Assembly: GCF_039851965.1 (NCBI RefSeq)
Contig: NZ_CP156674.1
Location: 1,889,286 to 1,921,285, forward strand
DNA: 32,000 nucleotides
Source of the DNA: Guptibacillus hwajinpoensis
GTDB taxonomy: Bacteria; Bacillota; Bacilli; Bacillales; Guptibacillaceae
Direction: 5' to 3'
Shown here: piece after piece, positions 10,771 through 24,610 of the stretch
How positions within the stretch are numbered: the first letter of the stretch is position 1
Layout of the letters: each line of letters opens with the position of its first letter
The notes under the pieces: model-generated
Told to the model about the DNA's origin: nothing
What the model saw: only the letters and a program-made list of their open reading frames with translations
Databases searched by the model: none
Position numbers and translations under genes: made by a program

Positions 10771-10802
10771 AAAAACAAAAATGAGCCGACTTTTCGGCTC
10801 AT
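10771..10802 (-). terminator. Rho-independent terminator after yerC
   Basis: Stem ATGAGCCG/CGGCTCAT with a 6-nt loop, followed on the minus strand by TTTTTGTTTTT, 5 nt after the yerC stop. Confidence 0.85.
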
Positions 10803-10807
10803 TCTCT

Positions 10808-11104
10808 CTACTCTTTATTATGGACGCGATCAAGTGTCATTTGATAGCCATCGTTTCCGTAATTCAGGCTTCGTTTCACACGCGAGATCGTCGCTGTGCT
10901 TGCGCCTGTTTCCGTTTCGATTTTGTGATAAGTAAATCCTTCTCGAAGCATACGGGCTACTTCTAATCGTTGCGCAAGTGATTGAATCTCATTCACCGTC
11001 GCTAGATCATCAAAAAATAAATAGCACTCTTCAAGATCTTTTAATGAAAGAATTGATTCAAATAGTTGATCAAGCGTCTTCCCTCGAAGTTTATCAATTT
11101 GCAT
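10808..11104 (-). CDS. yerC: YerC/YecD-family TrpR-like DNA-binding protein (~98 aa)
   Basis: MQIDKLRGKTLDQLFESILSLKDLEECYLFFDDL...TGASTATISRVKRSLNYG matches B. subtilis YerC as I recall it. The start is set at the ATG (11104) rather than the track GTG (11113), which is too close to AAGGAG. Confidence 0.85.
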   Translation of the reverse strand: MQIDKLRGKTLDQLFESILSLKDLEECYLFFDDLATVNEIQSLAQRLEVARMLREGFTYHKIETETGASTATISRVKRSLNYGNDGYQMTLDRVHNKE

Positions 11105-11263
11105 TGGTACCACACTCTCCTTACTCGATTATGTATCGTTCTATTCATTACACTCGTTACAAGCTTTGTGATTGGCGTCATTTTCCCACGTTTTTTTCAT
11201 TTTAACAGTCTAACGGAATAAAATCATATGCTTTACTTCGTTAAGTGATTACTCTGTTATAGT

Positions 11264-13003
11264 TTAACGCATTATTGAAGGAAAAAGCACCATTTTTCTC
11301 TTTACATCATAAATTCCTTGCTGTGTCAACCGGATAAATGGTAAATGTGTCGATGAAAAGAACAACAGGCTATAAACCGGATCCCCGAACGCATAGCCTC
11401 TTTTCTCAAGTTCAACGATCATTCTCTGCTCTTCTTTCATAATTTGCTCCATTGGAAGCGCAGACATTTTACCCATTAACGGAAGAAGAATTTCAGCAAT
11501 CACTTCTTCATCTTCAACAAGAACGATTCCTCCACCAATCTGTCGAACCCGGTTAAACGCGGCGATCATATCGACTTTCTTTTTACCGATAACGATAAAA
11601 TCACCTGTGTTTGAAAAGCTGCTGGCAAAGCCATTCACCTTATTTGCAAAGCCTTTAATAATGGTATTCACACGCCATTCGCCTTCTTGACTTAATAGCA
11701 TAATGAAGCTTTCATCAGAACCCGCTGGCAACTCTTCCACTGAAGTTTCAACAGATAAGTTGTAGGGCTTTGTAATGACTGCGTTGATCATTTCAATTCC
11801 AGCTGGTCCCGAGAAGGTTAAGTCATTTTCCTTTAGCTCCCACTCTTCCGCAACAGGAGAGAGACCATGTTCTTCCCAATCAAATGACCAATCCTGCTCG
11901 ACTTCTATGCCATTACGCTTCAGCCATTTCCCGCGTGCAAGCACAGACAAAGGGAGAGGTTTATCACTTGATTCAAGAATGTTGATATGTGCAAGCCTTC
12001 CAGGTGCAATCATACCATGTGTGTCGCTAATACCGTAATGATTTGCGACATTATATGACACCATAGAATAAGCATCCTCAGCAGGCACTCCTTTTTCAAG
12101 GGCAATGGAAATGAGGTGATCTGTCATTCCCTGTTCGAGGAAGGAAGGCGTAGAACCATCCGTATTCATCATTACCCTATCAAAAGACGTTACTCCCTTT
12201 TTCAAAAGCGACTCGAGAATCACAGGTAAATCCGGCCTAATCGATGAATATCGAAGTGACGTCATCATTCCCATCTCAAGTCGACGAAGTGCTTCCTCAC
12301 CTGTCATAGCTTCATGATCACATGATACTCCAAACAGACCCATCTTTGTTAATGTTTTCAGAGATGCTCCAGGAAGATGACCTTCAATCGGCTTCCCTAA
12401 TCTTCTTGTTTCTTGCATCCAATCAAGAATTTCATCATTTCCATCAAGGACTTCAGGCCAGGCAGTTAGTTCCCCACCCTGTATAACAAGCGGATGAGCT
12501 AGCCATTCCCGCATATGTTTGTTTGTAATCGCCTCTTCTTCAAGAAGCTGTGTTTGGGAATCATAACGCGCCCACCAGTACATTGAAACAGGAAATCGAT
12601 CCAGCTCTTCAATTATTGTAAGCGCTTTCTTTTGTGTCAAACCGAGTAGGAAAAGAAGGTTATCATTCATCAATGTAGTTGTTCCCCGTTCAGATGCATA
12701 GCGTGCCAATGTCAGGGGATTATATAGTTGAAACGGATGGGCATGCGGCTCTATATAACCTGGTACAAGGCACTGGCCTTTACAGTCAATCCATTCCGTA
12801 TCTGGATGTTTCTCAGGAAGCTCGTCACCAACATAGACGATTCGATCTTCGTATACCCATATATTCGATGTAACCCATTTTTTCAATCCATTGTTTAAGT
12901 AAGTTGCGTTATAGAAAACGATTGATGGAGGCAACTCGAGAGACACAACTTGAACTTGTTTTCGCAATTGTTGCTTGGTCCATAAGTTTTTTCGTTTTGG
13001 CAT
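11264..13003 (-). CDS. yerA: Adenine deaminase-family amidohydrolase (YerA-like), ~579 aa
   Basis: Amidohydrolase HxH motif (EPHAHP). Length and position upstream of yerC and downstream of the pur operon match B. subtilis yerA. GAGGGA precedes ATG 13003. Substrate is unproven. Confidence 0.8.
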   Translation of the reverse strand: MPKRKNLWTKQQLRKQVQVVSLELPPSIVFYNATYLNNGLKKWVTSNIWVYEDRIVYVGDELPEKHPDTEWIDCKGQCLVPGYIEPHAHPFQLYNPLTLARYASERGTTTLMNDNLLFLLGLTQKKALTIIEELDRFPVSMYWWARYDSQTQLLEEEAITNKHMREWLAHPLVIQGGELTAWPEVLDGNDEILDWMQETRRLGKPIEGHLPGASLKTLTKMGLFGVSCDHEAMTGEEALRRLEMGMMTSLRYSSIRPDLPVILESLLKKGVTSFDRVMMNTDGSTPSFLEQGMTDHLISIALEKGVPAEDAYSMVSYNVANHYGISDTHGMIAPGRLAHINILESSDKPLPLSVLARGKWLKRNGIEVEQDWSFDWEEHGLSPVAEEWELKENDLTFSGPAGIEMINAVITKPYNLSVETSVEELPAGSDESFIMLLSQEGEWRVNTIIKGFANKVNGFASSFSNTGDFIVIGKKKVDMIAAFNRVRQIGGGIVLVEDEEVIAEILLPLMGKMSALPMEQIMKEEQRMIVELEKRGYAFGDPVYSLLFFSSTHLPFIRLTQQGIYDVKRKMVLFPSIMR

Positions 13004-13097
13004 GTCCATCCCTCGATTCAAGAAGTTTTCTCTATTTTAACATAATTTTGAAATATTTATACTTTTGATTTTCAAATGATGAAAGGAGCTTTTTTAA

Positions 13098-13343
13098 ATG
13101 AAGCCAAATATTAGTATGATGAACGCTTTTATTCGACTGACTGCTGGATTTACTCTTTTATCCTGGGCAACAGCGAAGCTTTGTAAAGATGACAATACGT
13201 CAGCATTATGGCTCGCAACCGCAGGTGCCATGAAGGTTGCTGAAGGGCACACCCGCTATTGTCCGATTGTAGATTTGATGACAAAAGATGGAAACGATGA
13301 TCCTGATGAAACTGCGCTTGAGAAAGTGATTAATCCTTCATAG
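13098..13343 (+). CDS. DUF2892 (YgaP-like) small membrane protein, 81 aa
   Basis: R-x-x-x-G...G...G..RYCPIVDL pattern typical of DUF2892. AAAGGAG lies 9 nt before the ATG. Confidence 0.7.
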   Translation: MKPNISMMNAFIRLTAGFTLLSWATAKLCKDDNTSALWLATAGAMKVAEGHTRYCPIVDLMTKDGNDDPDETALEKVINPS

Positions 13344-13356
13344 AAAATCCTTTCTA

Positions 13357-13391
13357 TCAAAAAAACTTCCCTGGGTTCAGGGAAGTTTGTT
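13357..13391. terminator. Bidirectional terminator: ends the DUF2892 gene (+) and, ~170 nt after purD, the pur operon (-)
   Basis: Stem AAACTTCCCTG/CAGGGAAGTTT with loop GGTT. The minus strand is followed by TTTTTTTGATA and the plus strand by a weaker TTTGTT. Confidence 0.8.
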
Positions 13392-13481
13392 CTAGTTTGC
13401 CCCACCATAAGGGATAGTAAGTTTGACATCAAAGGGGATGAAGCCATGGAAGTTTCACCTTATAAAAAAGGAGGGTTGGAT

Positions 13482-14844
<1,363 letters not shown>

Positions 14845-16383
14845 TTAATGTTTAAAATGACGAACGCCAGTAAAGACCATTGTGATTCCGTATTCATTGG
14901 CTTTCTTAATGGAATCTTCATCGCGAATCGACCCACCAGGCTGAATGATGGCCGTCACGCCTGCGCGTCCAGCTGCTTCAACGGTGTCATCCATTGGGAA
15001 GAAAGCATCAGAACCCATTACAGAGCCTTTACTCTTCTCGCCCGCTTGCTCTATTGCAATATTCGCTGCACCAACACGGTTCATTTGTCCCGCACCGATC
15101 CCGATCGTCTGATCGTTCTTGGTGAGAACAATTGCATTGGATTTCACATGTTTCACGACTTTCCAGGCAAGCTTAAGCGCTTCCCACTCTTCGTCCGTTG
15201 GTTCACGATCAGTAGGTACTGAGATATCCGCTTCGTTAAATCCATAACGATCACGCTCTTGAAGTAAAAGTCCGCCGTTTACCGAAGTCAGCTGATGCTC
15301 AACCGCAGCTGATACTGATACGTTCAATTTTAATAAACGAAGGTTCTTTTTCTTGGATAGGACCGCAAGTGCTTCTTCTGTAAAAGCAGGGGCCATAATG
15401 ATCTCAAGGAAAATTTCTTTTAATTTCAGCGCGGTTTCTTCGTCAACCTCACGATTGATGACAACGATTCCGCCGAAAATAGACGTTGAATCTGCTTCGT
15501 ACGCTTTTTGATAAGCTTCAAAAACTGTTTCACCAGTTCCTACACCACACGGGTTCATGTGCTTTACAGCAACTACAGCTGGCTGTTCAAATTCCTTTAC
15601 GATATTAAGCGCCGCATTAGCGTCATTAATATTATTGTAAGAGAGCTCTTTGCCGTTTAATTGTTCCGCCGAAGCAAGTGACGCTCCATTGTAAAGCGGC
15701 TTACGATAGAATACAGCTTTTTGATGTGGATTTTCACCATATCGCAGTGTTTGTTTCCGTTCAAATGTAACTGTAAGTGACTCCGGTTCTTCTTCTCCAG
15801 ATTGAGCAGTTAAATATTCAGAGATAACCGCATCATATGAAGCCGTATGGCGGAATACTTTTGCCGCAAGTTCACGACGAAGAATTTGCGTCGTATCTCC
15901 GTTTTCTTCAACCTGACGAAGTACACGATTGTAGTCGGAAGGATCAACAACAACCGTTACATCACGATGGTTTTTCGCAGCAGAGCGAAGCATTGTCGGT
16001 CCACCGATATCGATGTTCTCAATGGCATCTTCATAAGTGACATCAGGCTTTGCGATCGTTTCCTGGAACGGATAAAGATTTACGACAACAAGGTCGATCG
16101 GCTTGATGTTCAATTCATCCAGCTGTTTCTGATGATCCTCATTATCTCGGACCGCAAGAAGACCGCTGTGAACATTGGGATGAAGTGTTTTTACACGACC
16201 ATCAAGAATTTCAGGAAATCCTGTCACATCCGAAATCCCGACTACATTCACTCCTGCTTCTTCAAGGGCACGCTTTGTTCCCCCAGTGGAGATCACCTCT
16301 ACCCCTTTGTCAGCAAGTCCTTTTGCAAATGCTGTAATATCAGTTTTATCAGAAACGCTGATTAGCGCACGTTTAATAGCCAT
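14845..16383 (-). CDS. purH: Bifunctional AICAR transformylase / IMP cyclohydrolase
   Basis: [14 protein letters not shown]..., 512 aa, ending in the conserved FTGVRHFKH. Confidence 0.97.
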   Translation of the reverse strand: MAIKRALISVSDKTDITAFAKGLADKGVEVISTGGTKRALEEAGVNVVGISDVTGFPEILDGRVKTLHPNVHSGLLAVRDNEDHQKQLDELNIKPIDLVVVNLYPFQETIAKPDVTYEDAIENIDIGGPTMLRSAAKNHRDVTVVVDPSDYNRVLRQVEENGDTTQILRRELAAKVFRHTASYDAVISEYLTAQSGEEEPESLTVTFERKQTLRYGENPHQKAVFYRKPLYNGASLASAEQLNGKELSYNNINDANAALNIVKEFEQPAVVAVKHMNPCGVGTGETVFEAYQKAYEADSTSIFGGIVVINREVDEETALKLKEIFLEIIMAPAFTEEALAVLSKKKNLRLLKLNVSVSAAVEHQLTSVNGGLLLQERDRYGFNEADISVPTDREPTDEEWEALKLAWKVVKHVKSNAIVLTKNDQTIGIGAGQMNRVGAANIAIEQAGEKSKGSVMGSDAFFPMDDTVEAAGRAGVTAIIQPGGSIRDEDSIKKANEYGITMVFTGVRHFKH

Positions 16384-16397
16384 AATGCTTCCTCCTA

Positions 16398-16976
16398 CTA
16401 CCTTTTGATTTTTTCTTGGAGAAGGGAACGAATGACGGCTGGATACAAGAGATGCTCAACAGCCTGAATTTTTCGCCCTAGATCCTCTTTCGTGTCACCC
16501 TCATAAATCCGAACGCTATCCTGATCGATGATTTGTCCGGTATCCATTCCCTCATCCACGAAATGAACGGTCACTCCAGTTATTTTCACACCCGCTTCAA
16601 ACGCCTGTCCGATCGCGTCTTTACCGGGAAAAGCAGGAAGAAGTGACGGATGGATATTGACGATTCTTCCCTCGAATCCTTGAAGAAGAGTTGGACCAAT
16701 TAATCTCATGTAGCCGGCAAGAAAAATCCACTCAATACCCGCCTCATTCAACTGCTGAAGAAGAAATGTTTCAAAGTCTGCTTTGGACTCATATGATTTT
16801 GGGTTAAAAGAAAGGACAGGTATGCCATAACGCTCTGCCCTCTTTTCTACTTTTGCCCCGGGACGATCACAGACAACAAGCGCAACTTCCGCTTCAAGTT
16901 GTCCATTTTCAATAGCTGCGGCAATCGCTTCAAAGTTCGAGCCGCTTCCAGATGCGAATACGGCTATCTTCCTCAC
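16398..16976 (-). CDS. purN: Phosphoribosylglycinamide formyltransferase
   Basis: FASGSGSNF and NIHPSLLP motifs; 4-nt overlap with purM. Confidence 0.96.
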   Translation of the reverse strand: MRKIAVFASGSGSNFEAIAAAIENGQLEAEVALVVCDRPGAKVEKRAERYGIPVLSFNPKSYESKADFETFLLQQLNEAGIEWIFLAGYMRLIGPTLLQGFEGRIVNIHPSLLPAFPGKDAIGQAFEAGVKITGVTVHFVDEGMDTGQIIDQDSVRIYEGDTKEDLGRKIQAVEHLLYPAVIRSLLQEKIKR

Positions 16977-18013
16977 GATAAGTCACCGCCACCGAACTCA
17001 ATTCCGTTTCCCTTGACTACACGACCAATCATATAAGCACGTTCGCCATCTTTTTCAAGTTGTTTGATCACATCCACAGCCACATCTCCTGCAACAGCTA
17101 ACACCATCCCAATCCCCATGTTAAAGGTTGTAAACATTTCCTTACGAGCTAGGTTTCCTTTTTCTTCAATGAGATCAAAGATGGCTGGGATTGGCCATGA
17201 GCCATAATCAATCTGAGCTGCAAGTCCTTCAGGAAGCATGCGGGGGATATTTTCTTCAAAACCACCGCCTGTAATATGGGCAATGCCATGAACAGATTGC
17301 TTTTTCAGTACGTTCAGCACAGGTTTCACATAAATACGTGTCGGTGCAAGCAACGCTTCACCGAGCGTCGTACCAAGCGCTTCATTGGTAGTTTCCAGAT
17401 CCATCTTATGATCCTTTAGCAATACTTTTCGCACAAGGGAAAAGCCATTGCTGTGTATACCGTTTGAAGCAAGGCCAACAAGAACGTCGCCTTCCTTTAC
17501 ATTCTCTGTTGTAATGAGCTTTGACTTCTCAACAGCACCAACTGTAAATCCGGCAAGGTCATAATCATTCTCTTTATACATGTCAGGCATTTCAGCCGTC
17601 TCACCGCCGATAAGCGCACACCCTGCTTGCGCACAGCCTTCTGATACACCTTTAACAATCTCTTCAATTCGCTCCGGATTCAGTTTACCTGTTGCAATGT
17701 AGTCAAGAAAATAAAGGGGCTCTGCTCCCTGGGCAACAACGTCATTCACACACATTGCTACGCAATCGACCCCGATTGAATTATGTTGATCCATTTGGAT
17801 CGCAAGCATCAGCTTCGTGCCAACCCCGTCTGTTCCTGATACGAGCACTGGCTTCTCATAATCCAATTCTGACAAATCGAACATCCCACCAAAACCACCA
17901 AGTCCGCCCATCACACCCGGACGCATGGTTCTTTTCACATGCGGCTTGATGCGATCGACCGCTTCATAACCTGCTTCTATATTAACGCCTGCCTGCCTGT
18001 ATGCTTGTGCCAT
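16973..18013 (-). CDS. purM: Phosphoribosylformylglycinamidine cyclo-ligase (AIR synthetase)
   Basis: [11 protein letters not shown]...SGTDGVGTK; 346 aa. Confidence 0.97.
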   Translation of the reverse strand: MAQAYRQAGVNIEAGYEAVDRIKPHVKRTMRPGVMGGLGGFGGMFDLSELDYEKPVLVSGTDGVGTKLMLAIQMDQHNSIGVDCVAMCVNDVVAQGAEPLYFLDYIATGKLNPERIEEIVKGVSEGCAQAGCALIGGETAEMPDMYKENDYDLAGFTVGAVEKSKLITTENVKEGDVLVGLASNGIHSNGFSLVRKVLLKDHKMDLETTNEALGTTLGEALLAPTRIYVKPVLNVLKKQSVHGIAHITGGGFEENIPRMLPEGLAAQIDYGSWPIPAIFDLIEEKGNLARKEMFTTFNMGIGMVLAVAGDVAVDVIKQLEKDGERAYMIGRVVKGNGIEFGGGDLS

Positions 18014-18028
18014 AAATGCCTCCTTCAG

Positions 18029-19441
18029 TTAGACTTTTTCGTAAGGATGAACGGTATCGGGATAAATTTCAGTCGGATAATTCCCTGTAAAACAGCCCAG
18101 ACACTGGCCACATGATGAATCGTTGTCTTCTCTTCCGATCGCTGTAGTCATACCATCTGTGGAGAGAAATATGAGCGAATCTGCACCGATTTCTTCACAC
18201 ATTTCATCTACGCCCATCTTTGCTGCTATCAATTCACCAGAATTCGATGTATCGATACCGTAATAGCACGGACTAATGATCGGTGGAGAACTGATGCGAA
18301 CGTGAACCTCTTTAGCCCCTGCTTCCCGAAGCATTGTTACAATTCGTCTGCTTGTTGTTCCTCGTACAATCGAGTCATCTACAATGACAACTCGTTTCCC
18401 TTCAACAACACCACGAACAGGAGAAAGCTTCATTTTCACACCACGTTCCCTGAGCTCCTGTGAAGGCTGTATAAACGTTCTGCCAACATAACGATTCTTA
18501 ATCAGACCCATTTCATAAGGAATACCTGATTCTTCCGCGTATCCGATCGCTGCTGAAATACTTGAATCAGGTACACCCGTGACGATATCCGCCTCGATTG
18601 GGGCTTCTTTCGCAAGCTGCTTTCCGAGCTGTTTACGTGCGGTATGAACGTTTATATTCTCGATGTTGCTATCAGGTCTAGAGAAATAGATATACTCCAT
18701 TGAGCAAATCGCTCGAGAAACGGATGAAGAGAAGCGTTCTGATTCAAGACCGTTCTCGCTAATGATGAGAAGCTCTCCAGGTTGAACATCACGAATGTAC
18801 TCAGCGCCAATCAAATCAAATGCACACGTTTCAGATGCAACAACATAGGCGCCTTCAAGAAGACCGAGTGACAAAGGTCTTAAACCATGTGGATCAAGAG
18901 CTACCATCATCTCATTCTCTGTCATCATGATAAAAGCATACGCGCCTTTAACCATTGTAAGGGCGTTCTTCACCTTTTCACGCTGACTCAAATAACCGCT
19001 TCGTTTGATGAGGTGAGCAAGCACTTCTGTGTCAGAAGTCGTTTGAAAAATGCTACCCTGTCCTTCGAGCTGATGCTTTAGAGCATTAGCGTTGACAAGG
19101 TTACCGTTATGCGCAAGCGCAAGGCCCCCGGTCTGTGACCGGAAAACGAGCGGTTGGACATTTTCATATCCACCGCCACCAGCCGTCGAGTACCTCACGT
19201 GACCAATCGCGCCATTGCCTTCAAGTGTACCAAGATCTCCTGGTCCAAATACGTCATTTACAAGCCCAAGCCCCTTATGATTGTAGAGACGTTCACCATC
19301 AGTCGAGACAATGCCTGCCCCCTCCTGACCACGATGCTGCAAGCTGTGAAGTCCGTAATACGTAAGTGAAGCGGCATCAGGGTGACCCCAGATACCGAAT
19401 ACACCGCATTCTTCGTTTAAGCCTTTGATTTCACCAAACAT
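18029..19441 (-). CDS. purF: Amidophosphoribosyltransferase
   Basis: Propeptide followed by the catalytic Cys ([14 protein letters not shown]), and the C-terminal Fe-S cysteines CGQCLGC. The start overlaps the purL end by 25 nt. Confidence 0.97.
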   Translation of the reverse strand: MFGEIKGLNEECGVFGIWGHPDAASLTYYGLHSLQHRGQEGAGIVSTDGERLYNHKGLGLVNDVFGPGDLGTLEGNGAIGHVRYSTAGGGGYENVQPLVFRSQTGGLALAHNGNLVNANALKHQLEGQGSIFQTTSDTEVLAHLIKRSGYLSQREKVKNALTMVKGAYAFIMMTENEMMVALDPHGLRPLSLGLLEGAYVVASETCAFDLIGAEYIRDVQPGELLIISENGLESERFSSSVSRAICSMEYIYFSRPDSNIENINVHTARKQLGKQLAKEAPIEADIVTGVPDSSISAAIGYAEESGIPYEMGLIKNRYVGRTFIQPSQELRERGVKMKLSPVRGVVEGKRVVIVDDSIVRGTTSRRIVTMLREAGAKEVHVRISSPPIISPCYYGIDTSNSGELIAAKMGVDEMCEEIGADSLIFLSTDGMTTAIGREDNDSSCGQCLGCFTGNYPTEIYPDTVHPYEKV

Positions 19442-21642
19442 GGAATGGCTCCTTTCCAGGCTGCTTCAAGCTCTTGAACCGGAGCATCGAAGATATGTTC
19501 TCCATCTTCATGCATAAGCGTTAAAACGCCTGTACCAGACACTTCACCGATAAGTTTTGCTCCAGTTCGCTGCTCAAATGCCTGCTGATGTTCCCCTTTG
19601 ATGGATACAAGAAAACGAGATTGAGTTTCACTAAAGAGATCGGTCGTAACATCGCCATCAATCCGTACATTCGCACCAAATTCTGTCCCAATTAACGATT
19701 CAGCAAGCGCGACGCTAAGTCCGCCTTCTGCAAGGTCATGTGCTGATTCTACAAGACCTTCCTGAATCGCTCTTAACAGTTGATTTTGACGCTCTTTTTC
19801 CACTTCGAGATTGAGTGAAGGCGCCTGACCTGAAATCTTTCCATCCAGATATTTCTGAAGCTCACTGCCACCGAAATCTTCTCCCGTGACTCCAAGCATG
19901 TAGATCAAATTCCCTTCTTCTTTGAACGCTTGCGTTGTCACATGATCAAGGTCATGAACAAGTCCAACCATACCGACAACCGGCGTTGGATACACTGCGA
20001 CGCCGTTCGTTTCATTATAGAGTGAAACATTTCCACCGATAACAGGAGCGTTTAGCATGCGACATGCTTCACTCATCCCATCCGTTGCTTTCTCAATCTG
20101 CCAGAAGATTTCTGGTTTCTCGGGATTTCCAAAGTTCAAGCAATCTGTAATTGCAAGTGGCTCGCCGCCGGAACAAACAATATTACGTGCCGCTTCTGCC
20201 ACTGCAATTTGACCTCCGACCTCAGGGTCAAGGTATAAATAGCGTGAGTTACAGTCGGTCGTCATGGCAAGCGCCTTTCTTGTACCGCGGACGCGAACAA
20301 CCGCTGCGTCTGATCCCGGGGCCACAACCGTATTCGTACGAACCATATAATCATACTGATCAAAGACCCATTCTTTGCTTGAAATCGTTGGCTGACCTAG
20401 TAGTGTATAAAGCATTTCCTTCGCATCTTCCACTTCTGGAATTGGCTTATGAAGCTGTTGATTCTCGATGTAATACTCCGGAATGCGAGATGGCTTATGG
20501 TAAACTGGTGCTTCCTCGGCAAGTGCATCGACCGGTACATCTGCAACCACTTCACCTTTATGAAGAAGACGGAACCTCTTCTCTTCTGTCACTACGCCAA
20601 CTTCTTTCGCTAAAAGTCCCCAGCGATCCGAAATGGCTTTAATCTCTGCTTCATGGCCTTTTTTCACTACAACAAGCATCCGTTCCTGCGATTCAGACAG
20701 CATCATTTCATAAGGCGTCATGCCCTTTTCACGTTGTGGTACTTCATCAAGGTTCATCTCAAGTCCCATGCCTGCTTTACTGGCCATTTCTGATGCAGAA
20801 GAAGTTAGTCCTGCAGCTCCCATGTCCTGAATACCGACAAGCGCATCACAATGAACAAGTTCAAGACACGCTTCAAGTAGAAGCTTTTCCATAAATGGAT
20901 CGCCAACCTGAACAGCAGGACGCTTTTCGTCAGAAGCATCTGTCAATTCTTCAGAAGCGAAAGTTGCGCCGTGAATACCGTCACGTCCTGTGCTAGCTCC
21001 TACGTACATCACCGTATTGCCAGCTCCTGATGCAATTCCCTTCTGAATGTCTTTATGGTCAATTAACCCGACACACATTGCATTCACGAGCGGATTGCCA
21101 TCATAAGATGCGTCAAACTGAACTTCTCCTCCTACTGTTGGGATCCCAATACAGTTACCGTAGCCTGCAATACCAGCCACTACTTCTTCGAAAAGGTATT
21201 TCACCTTCGGGTTAGAAAGCTCCCCAAAACGAAGCGAGTTTAGAAGAGCAATCGGACGTGCACCCATTGAAAACACGTCACGGATAATGCCGCCAACTCC
21301 TGTTGCGGCACCCTGATAAGGCTCAATAGCAGAAGGGTGGTTATGGCTTTCAATCTTAAACACAACTGCCTGCTCATCACCAATATCAACGATTCCCGCT
21401 CCTTCACCAGGTCCCTGAAGAACACGCTCACCTGAAATCGGGAACTTTTTCAATACAGGCTTTGAATTCTTGTAGCTACAGTGTTCCGACCACATTACCG
21501 AGAAAAGGCCTGTTTCCGTATAATTTGGTGTACGGCCAAGAATCTCTTCCACCATACTGAACTCGTCATCTGTTAAGCCCATTTGACTGTAGAGCTTCTG
21601 GTCTTTGATCATCTCAGGTGTTGGTTCATGCATGTGTGACAT
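19417..21642 (-). CDS. purL: FGAM synthase II (large subunit)
   Basis: 741 aa; [23 protein letters not shown]...SEHCSYK is typical of Bacillus PurL. Confidence 0.97.
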   Translation of the reverse strand: MSHMHEPTPEMIKDQKLYSQMGLTDDEFSMVEEILGRTPNYTETGLFSVMWSEHCSYKNSKPVLKKFPISGERVLQGPGEGAGIVDIGDEQAVVFKIESHNHPSAIEPYQGAATGVGGIIRDVFSMGARPIALLNSLRFGELSNPKVKYLFEEVVAGIAGYGNCIGIPTVGGEVQFDASYDGNPLVNAMCVGLIDHKDIQKGIASGAGNTVMYVGASTGRDGIHGATFASEELTDASDEKRPAVQVGDPFMEKLLLEACLELVHCDALVGIQDMGAAGLTSSASEMASKAGMGLEMNLDEVPQREKGMTPYEMMLSESQERMLVVVKKGHEAEIKAISDRWGLLAKEVGVVTEEKRFRLLHKGEVVADVPVDALAEEAPVYHKPSRIPEYYIENQQLHKPIPEVEDAKEMLYTLLGQPTISSKEWVFDQYDYMVRTNTVVAPGSDAAVVRVRGTRKALAMTTDCNSRYLYLDPEVGGQIAVAEAARNIVCSGGEPLAITDCLNFGNPEKPEIFWQIEKATDGMSEACRMLNAPVIGGNVSLYNETNGVAVYPTPVVGMVGLVHDLDHVTTQAFKEEGNLIYMLGVTGEDFGGSELQKYLDGKISGQAPSLNLEVEKERQNQLLRAIQEGLVESAHDLAEGGLSVALAESLIGTEFGANVRIDGDVTTDLFSETQSRFLVSIKGEHQQAFEQRTGAKLIGEVSGTGVLTLMHEDGEHIFDAPVQELEAAWKGAIPCLVKSKA

Positions 21643-22309
21643 GGGATTCCCTCCAGTTGCGTAATATCGATTTAAATAGGTTTAATCCATCCGCACTTCC
21701 TAATAGTTCATCTACCGCTCGTTCAGGGTGTGGCATCATGCCAAGAACATTTCCTTCTGCGTTTAAAATCCCAGCAATATCTTCAACCGATCCATTCGGA
21801 TTATCCGCATAGGTAAACGCGATGCGCTTTTCTTCTTTAAGCTGTGCCAGCGTTTCATCATCACAATAGTAGTTGCCTTCACCATGAGCAATCGGGATCG
21901 TGATCTCGTCCCCTTTTTCATAGGATGACGTAAACATTGTTTCATTGTTCTGAACTCGTAACGTAACAGGACGGCACATAAACTTCAGGTTTTTGTTGCG
22001 TTTCATAGCACCTGGCAGGAGACCTGCTTCTAATAGAATCTGAAATCCGTTACAAACGCCTAGCACTGGCTTCCCGGCTTCAGCCGCTTTTATCACTTCC
22101 GGCATAATTGGTGCGAAACGTGCAATTGCACCACCGCGAAGATAATCACCATAAGAAAATCCACCTGGCAGAAGAATCGCATCATAGTTTGCTAGATTCT
22201 GCTCATCGTACCGGACATAAACCGCTTCTTCTCCAAGCTCATCTTTGATGGCATGATACATATCCACATCGCAGTTAGAACCCGGGAACACAATCACCGC
22301 AAATTTCAC
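21626..22309 (-). CDS. purQ: FGAM synthase I (glutaminase subunit)
   Basis: [21 protein letters not shown] (catalytic Cys) and MPHPER motifs. Confidence 0.97.
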   Translation of the reverse strand: MKFAVIVFPGSNCDVDMYHAIKDELGEEAVYVRYDEQNLANYDAILLPGGFSYGDYLRGGAIARFAPIMPEVIKAAEAGKPVLGVCNGFQILLEAGLLPGAMKRNKNLKFMCRPVTLRVQNNETMFTSSYEKGDEITIPIAHGEGNYYCDDETLAQLKEEKRIAFTYADNPNGSVEDIAGILNAEGNVLGMMPHPERAVDELLGSADGLNLFKSILRNWRESHVTHA

Positions 22310-22557
22310 TGTGCGACTCCCTCCTCGATTTCATAGGTGTAATCTTCAATAACTGTATTCGCAAGAAGCTTCTCGCAAATCTCTTTAATGCGCTGATCAA
22401 GGTTTTCCGTATCCTTCACTGTTAGTTCCAAGTATTTTCCAATTCGTACATCTTCAACTTCATTGTAAGAAAGGCTGTGGAGCGAATTCTTAACTGCACT
22501 TCCCTGTGGATCTAGGACACTTTCTTTTAACGTTACATAGACTTTTACTTTGTACAT
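22306..22557 (-). CDS. purS: FGAM synthase PurS subunit
   Basis: 83 aa, [19 protein letters not shown]; located between purC and purQ. Confidence 0.95.
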   Translation of the reverse strand: MYKVKVYVTLKESVLDPQGSAVKNSLHSLSYNEVEDVRIGKYLELTVKDTENLDQRIKEICEKLLANTVIEDYTYEIEEGVAQ

Positions 22558-23270
22558 GATTCGGATCCCCCTAAACGAGCTAGAATTTGTTCGTACGCTT
22601 CTGTCAGATTACCAATATCTCTGCGAAACACATCTTTATCTAGTTTTTCATTCGTTTTGCTATCCCATAGCCTGCACGTATCAGGCGATATTTCATCTGC
22701 CAGCATTAAGTTCCCTTCAGGTGTTATACCGAACTCGAGTTTAAAATCGACTAGCTTCACATCACGTTCAAGGAAATACCCACGTAAAAGCGTATTAATC
22801 TTCAATGCGCGTTCTTTCAATTCTTGAACCGTTTCTTCTGTTGCAAGCTCAAGTTCTAGCACGTGATCTAGCGTTAGAAGAGGATCACCAAGGTCATCAT
22901 TCTTGTAATAGAATTCTACGATCGGCTGTTTTAGTAGCTTTCCTTCTTCAACACCGGTTCGTTTGGAAAAGCTCCCAGCGGCAATGTTACGCACAACCAC
23001 TTCAAGCGGAACAATCGATACACGTTTCACTAGTTGCTCTGTAGAAGATAATTTTTCAATAAAATGACTTTCGATGCCAGCACTCTTCAAGTAATCAAAG
23101 AGCAGACTTGTTATTTCATTGTTCAGGCGGCCTTTGCCTGTGATCGTGGCTTTCTTCTCACCGTTGTAAGCTGTAGCTGAGTCTTTATACTCGACCCAGA
23201 CAACCTCAGCTTCATCTGTTGCATAAATTCTCTTCGCTTTTCCTTCGTACAACAACGCTTCTTTTTCCAT
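22545..23270 (-). CDS. purC: SAICAR synthetase
   Basis: LLYEGKAKRIY...LADEISPDTCRLWD. Confidence 0.97.
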   Translation of the reverse strand: MEKEALLYEGKAKRIYATDEAEVVWVEYKDSATAYNGEKKATITGKGRLNNEITSLLFDYLKSAGIESHFIEKLSSTEQLVKRVSIVPLEVVVRNIAAGSFSKRTGVEEGKLLKQPIVEFYYKNDDLGDPLLTLDHVLELELATEETVQELKERALKINTLLRGYFLERDVKLVDFKLEFGITPEGNLMLADEISPDTCRLWDSKTNEKLDKDVFRRDIGNLTEAYEQILARLGGSESCTK

Positions 23271-23292
23271 GGTGATCCCTCCGATGCTTTAA

Positions 23293-24585
23293 TTAAAGTC
23301 CGAGACGTTCAAATATCATATCCACCGGCTTCAGGTGGTAGTTGTAATCAAAGCAATCATCGATTTCAGATGCATTCAGCTGATCTGTAATCTTCGGATC
23401 TGCCTCGACAAGCTCTCTAAACTGAATGCCGCGCTCCCATGCGTCCATCGCTTTTGGTTGAACAAGGTCATACGCTTCTTCGCGTGCCATGCCTTTATCG
23501 ATAAGAGATAGAAGAACACGCTGGCTGTAAATCAGTCCGTACGTTCTCGACATATTGCGTTTCATGTTTTCAGGGAAAACGGTGAGCTTCGAAACGATTC
23601 CCGCAAAGCGATTCAGCATATAGTTCAAGGCAATCGTCGCATCTGGCAGAATCACACGCTCAGCTGACGAGTGAGAGATATCGCGCTCGTGCCAGAGGGC
23701 CACATTCTCGTATGCTGTTGTCATGTAACCGCGAATGACGCGTGCCATACCAGTCATGTTTTCTGAACCGATCGGATTACGCTTATGTGGCATCGCAGAG
23801 GATCCTTTTTGACCTTTCGCAAAGAATTCTTCTACTTCACGTGTTTCACTCTTCTGAAGACCACGGATTTCAACCGCAAATTTCTCAATCGATGTAGCCA
23901 CAAGAGCTAGTGAGGACATGTAGTGGGCATGGCGGTCACGCTGTAGCGTCTGTGTTGAGATGGGCGCTGCTTGAATGCCAAGCTTTTCACATACATACTG
24001 TTCAATAAATGGATCAATGTTTGCATACGTTCCAACTGCTCCTGAAAGCTTACCGAAACGAACGTTATCTGAAGCAGTTTTGAAGCGCTCAAGGTTTCGC
24101 TTCATTTCTTCATACCAGAGCGCCATTTTCAGACCGAATGTTGTCGGCTCAGCATGGACACCGTGGGTCCTTCCCATCATGACGGTATATTTATGTTCCT
24201 GTGCTTTTGCTTTTAGTACCTCAATAAACTTCTCAATATCCTTAATCAAAAGATCGTTAGCCTGCTTTAGCTGGTAAGACAAAGCAGTATCGACCACATC
24301 TGTTGACGTTAAACCGTAATGGACCCATTTCCGCTCTTCTCCAAGCGTTTCTGAAACTGCTCTTGTAAAAGCAACAACATCATGGCGTGTTTCCTCTTCA
24401 ATCGCGTGGATACGTTCCACATTAAATCCAGCATTTTCACGGATTTTCTGTACATCTTCTTTTGGAATAATGCCTAGTTCTGTCCATGCTTCACATGCGA
24501 GAATTTCTACCTCAAGCCATGCATTGTAGCGGTTTTCCTCTGTCCAAATAGCTCCCATCTCAGGGCGTGTATAACGTTCAATCAT
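23293..24585 (-). CDS. purB: Adenylosuccinate lyase
   Basis: [14 protein letters not shown]..., with the fumarate-lyase signature [11 protein letters not shown]. Confidence 0.97.
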   Translation of the reverse strand: MIERYTRPEMGAIWTEENRYNAWLEVEILACEAWTELGIIPKEDVQKIRENAGFNVERIHAIEEETRHDVVAFTRAVSETLGEERKWVHYGLTSTDVVDTALSYQLKQANDLLIKDIEKFIEVLKAKAQEHKYTVMMGRTHGVHAEPTTFGLKMALWYEEMKRNLERFKTASDNVRFGKLSGAVGTYANIDPFIEQYVCEKLGIQAAPISTQTLQRDRHAHYMSSLALVATSIEKFAVEIRGLQKSETREVEEFFAKGQKGSSAMPHKRNPIGSENMTGMARVIRGYMTTAYENVALWHERDISHSSAERVILPDATIALNYMLNRFAGIVSKLTVFPENMKRNMSRTYGLIYSQRVLLSLIDKGMAREEAYDLVQPKAMDAWERGIQFRELVEADPKITDQLNASEIDDCFDYNYHLKPVDMIFERLGL

Positions 24586-24610
24586 TGTAAGTCCTCCTGG
24601 TCTAATGTCT

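Noticed and set aside
13256-13447. 63-aa minus-strand ORF between purD and the DUF2892 gene
   Set aside because: It spans the bidirectional terminator hairpin and overlaps the DUF2892 3' end. It has no SD and is probably non-coding 3' UTR.
15847-16365. 172-aa plus-strand ORF antisense to purH (with a nested 67-aa ORF at 15837..16040)
   Set aside because: Same reasoning: no RBS, Ile/Phe/Arg/Cys-rich composition typical of antisense translation, and full overlap with conserved purH.
20151-20642. 163-aa plus-strand ORF antisense to purL; likewise 24733..25152 (antisense purK), 23975..24277 (antisense purB) and 4760..5098 (antisense camS)
   Set aside because: All are embedded in well-supported genes and lack SD sequences. 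Their Pro/Arg/Leu/Ser-rich, low-information translations give no evidence of overlapping genes.
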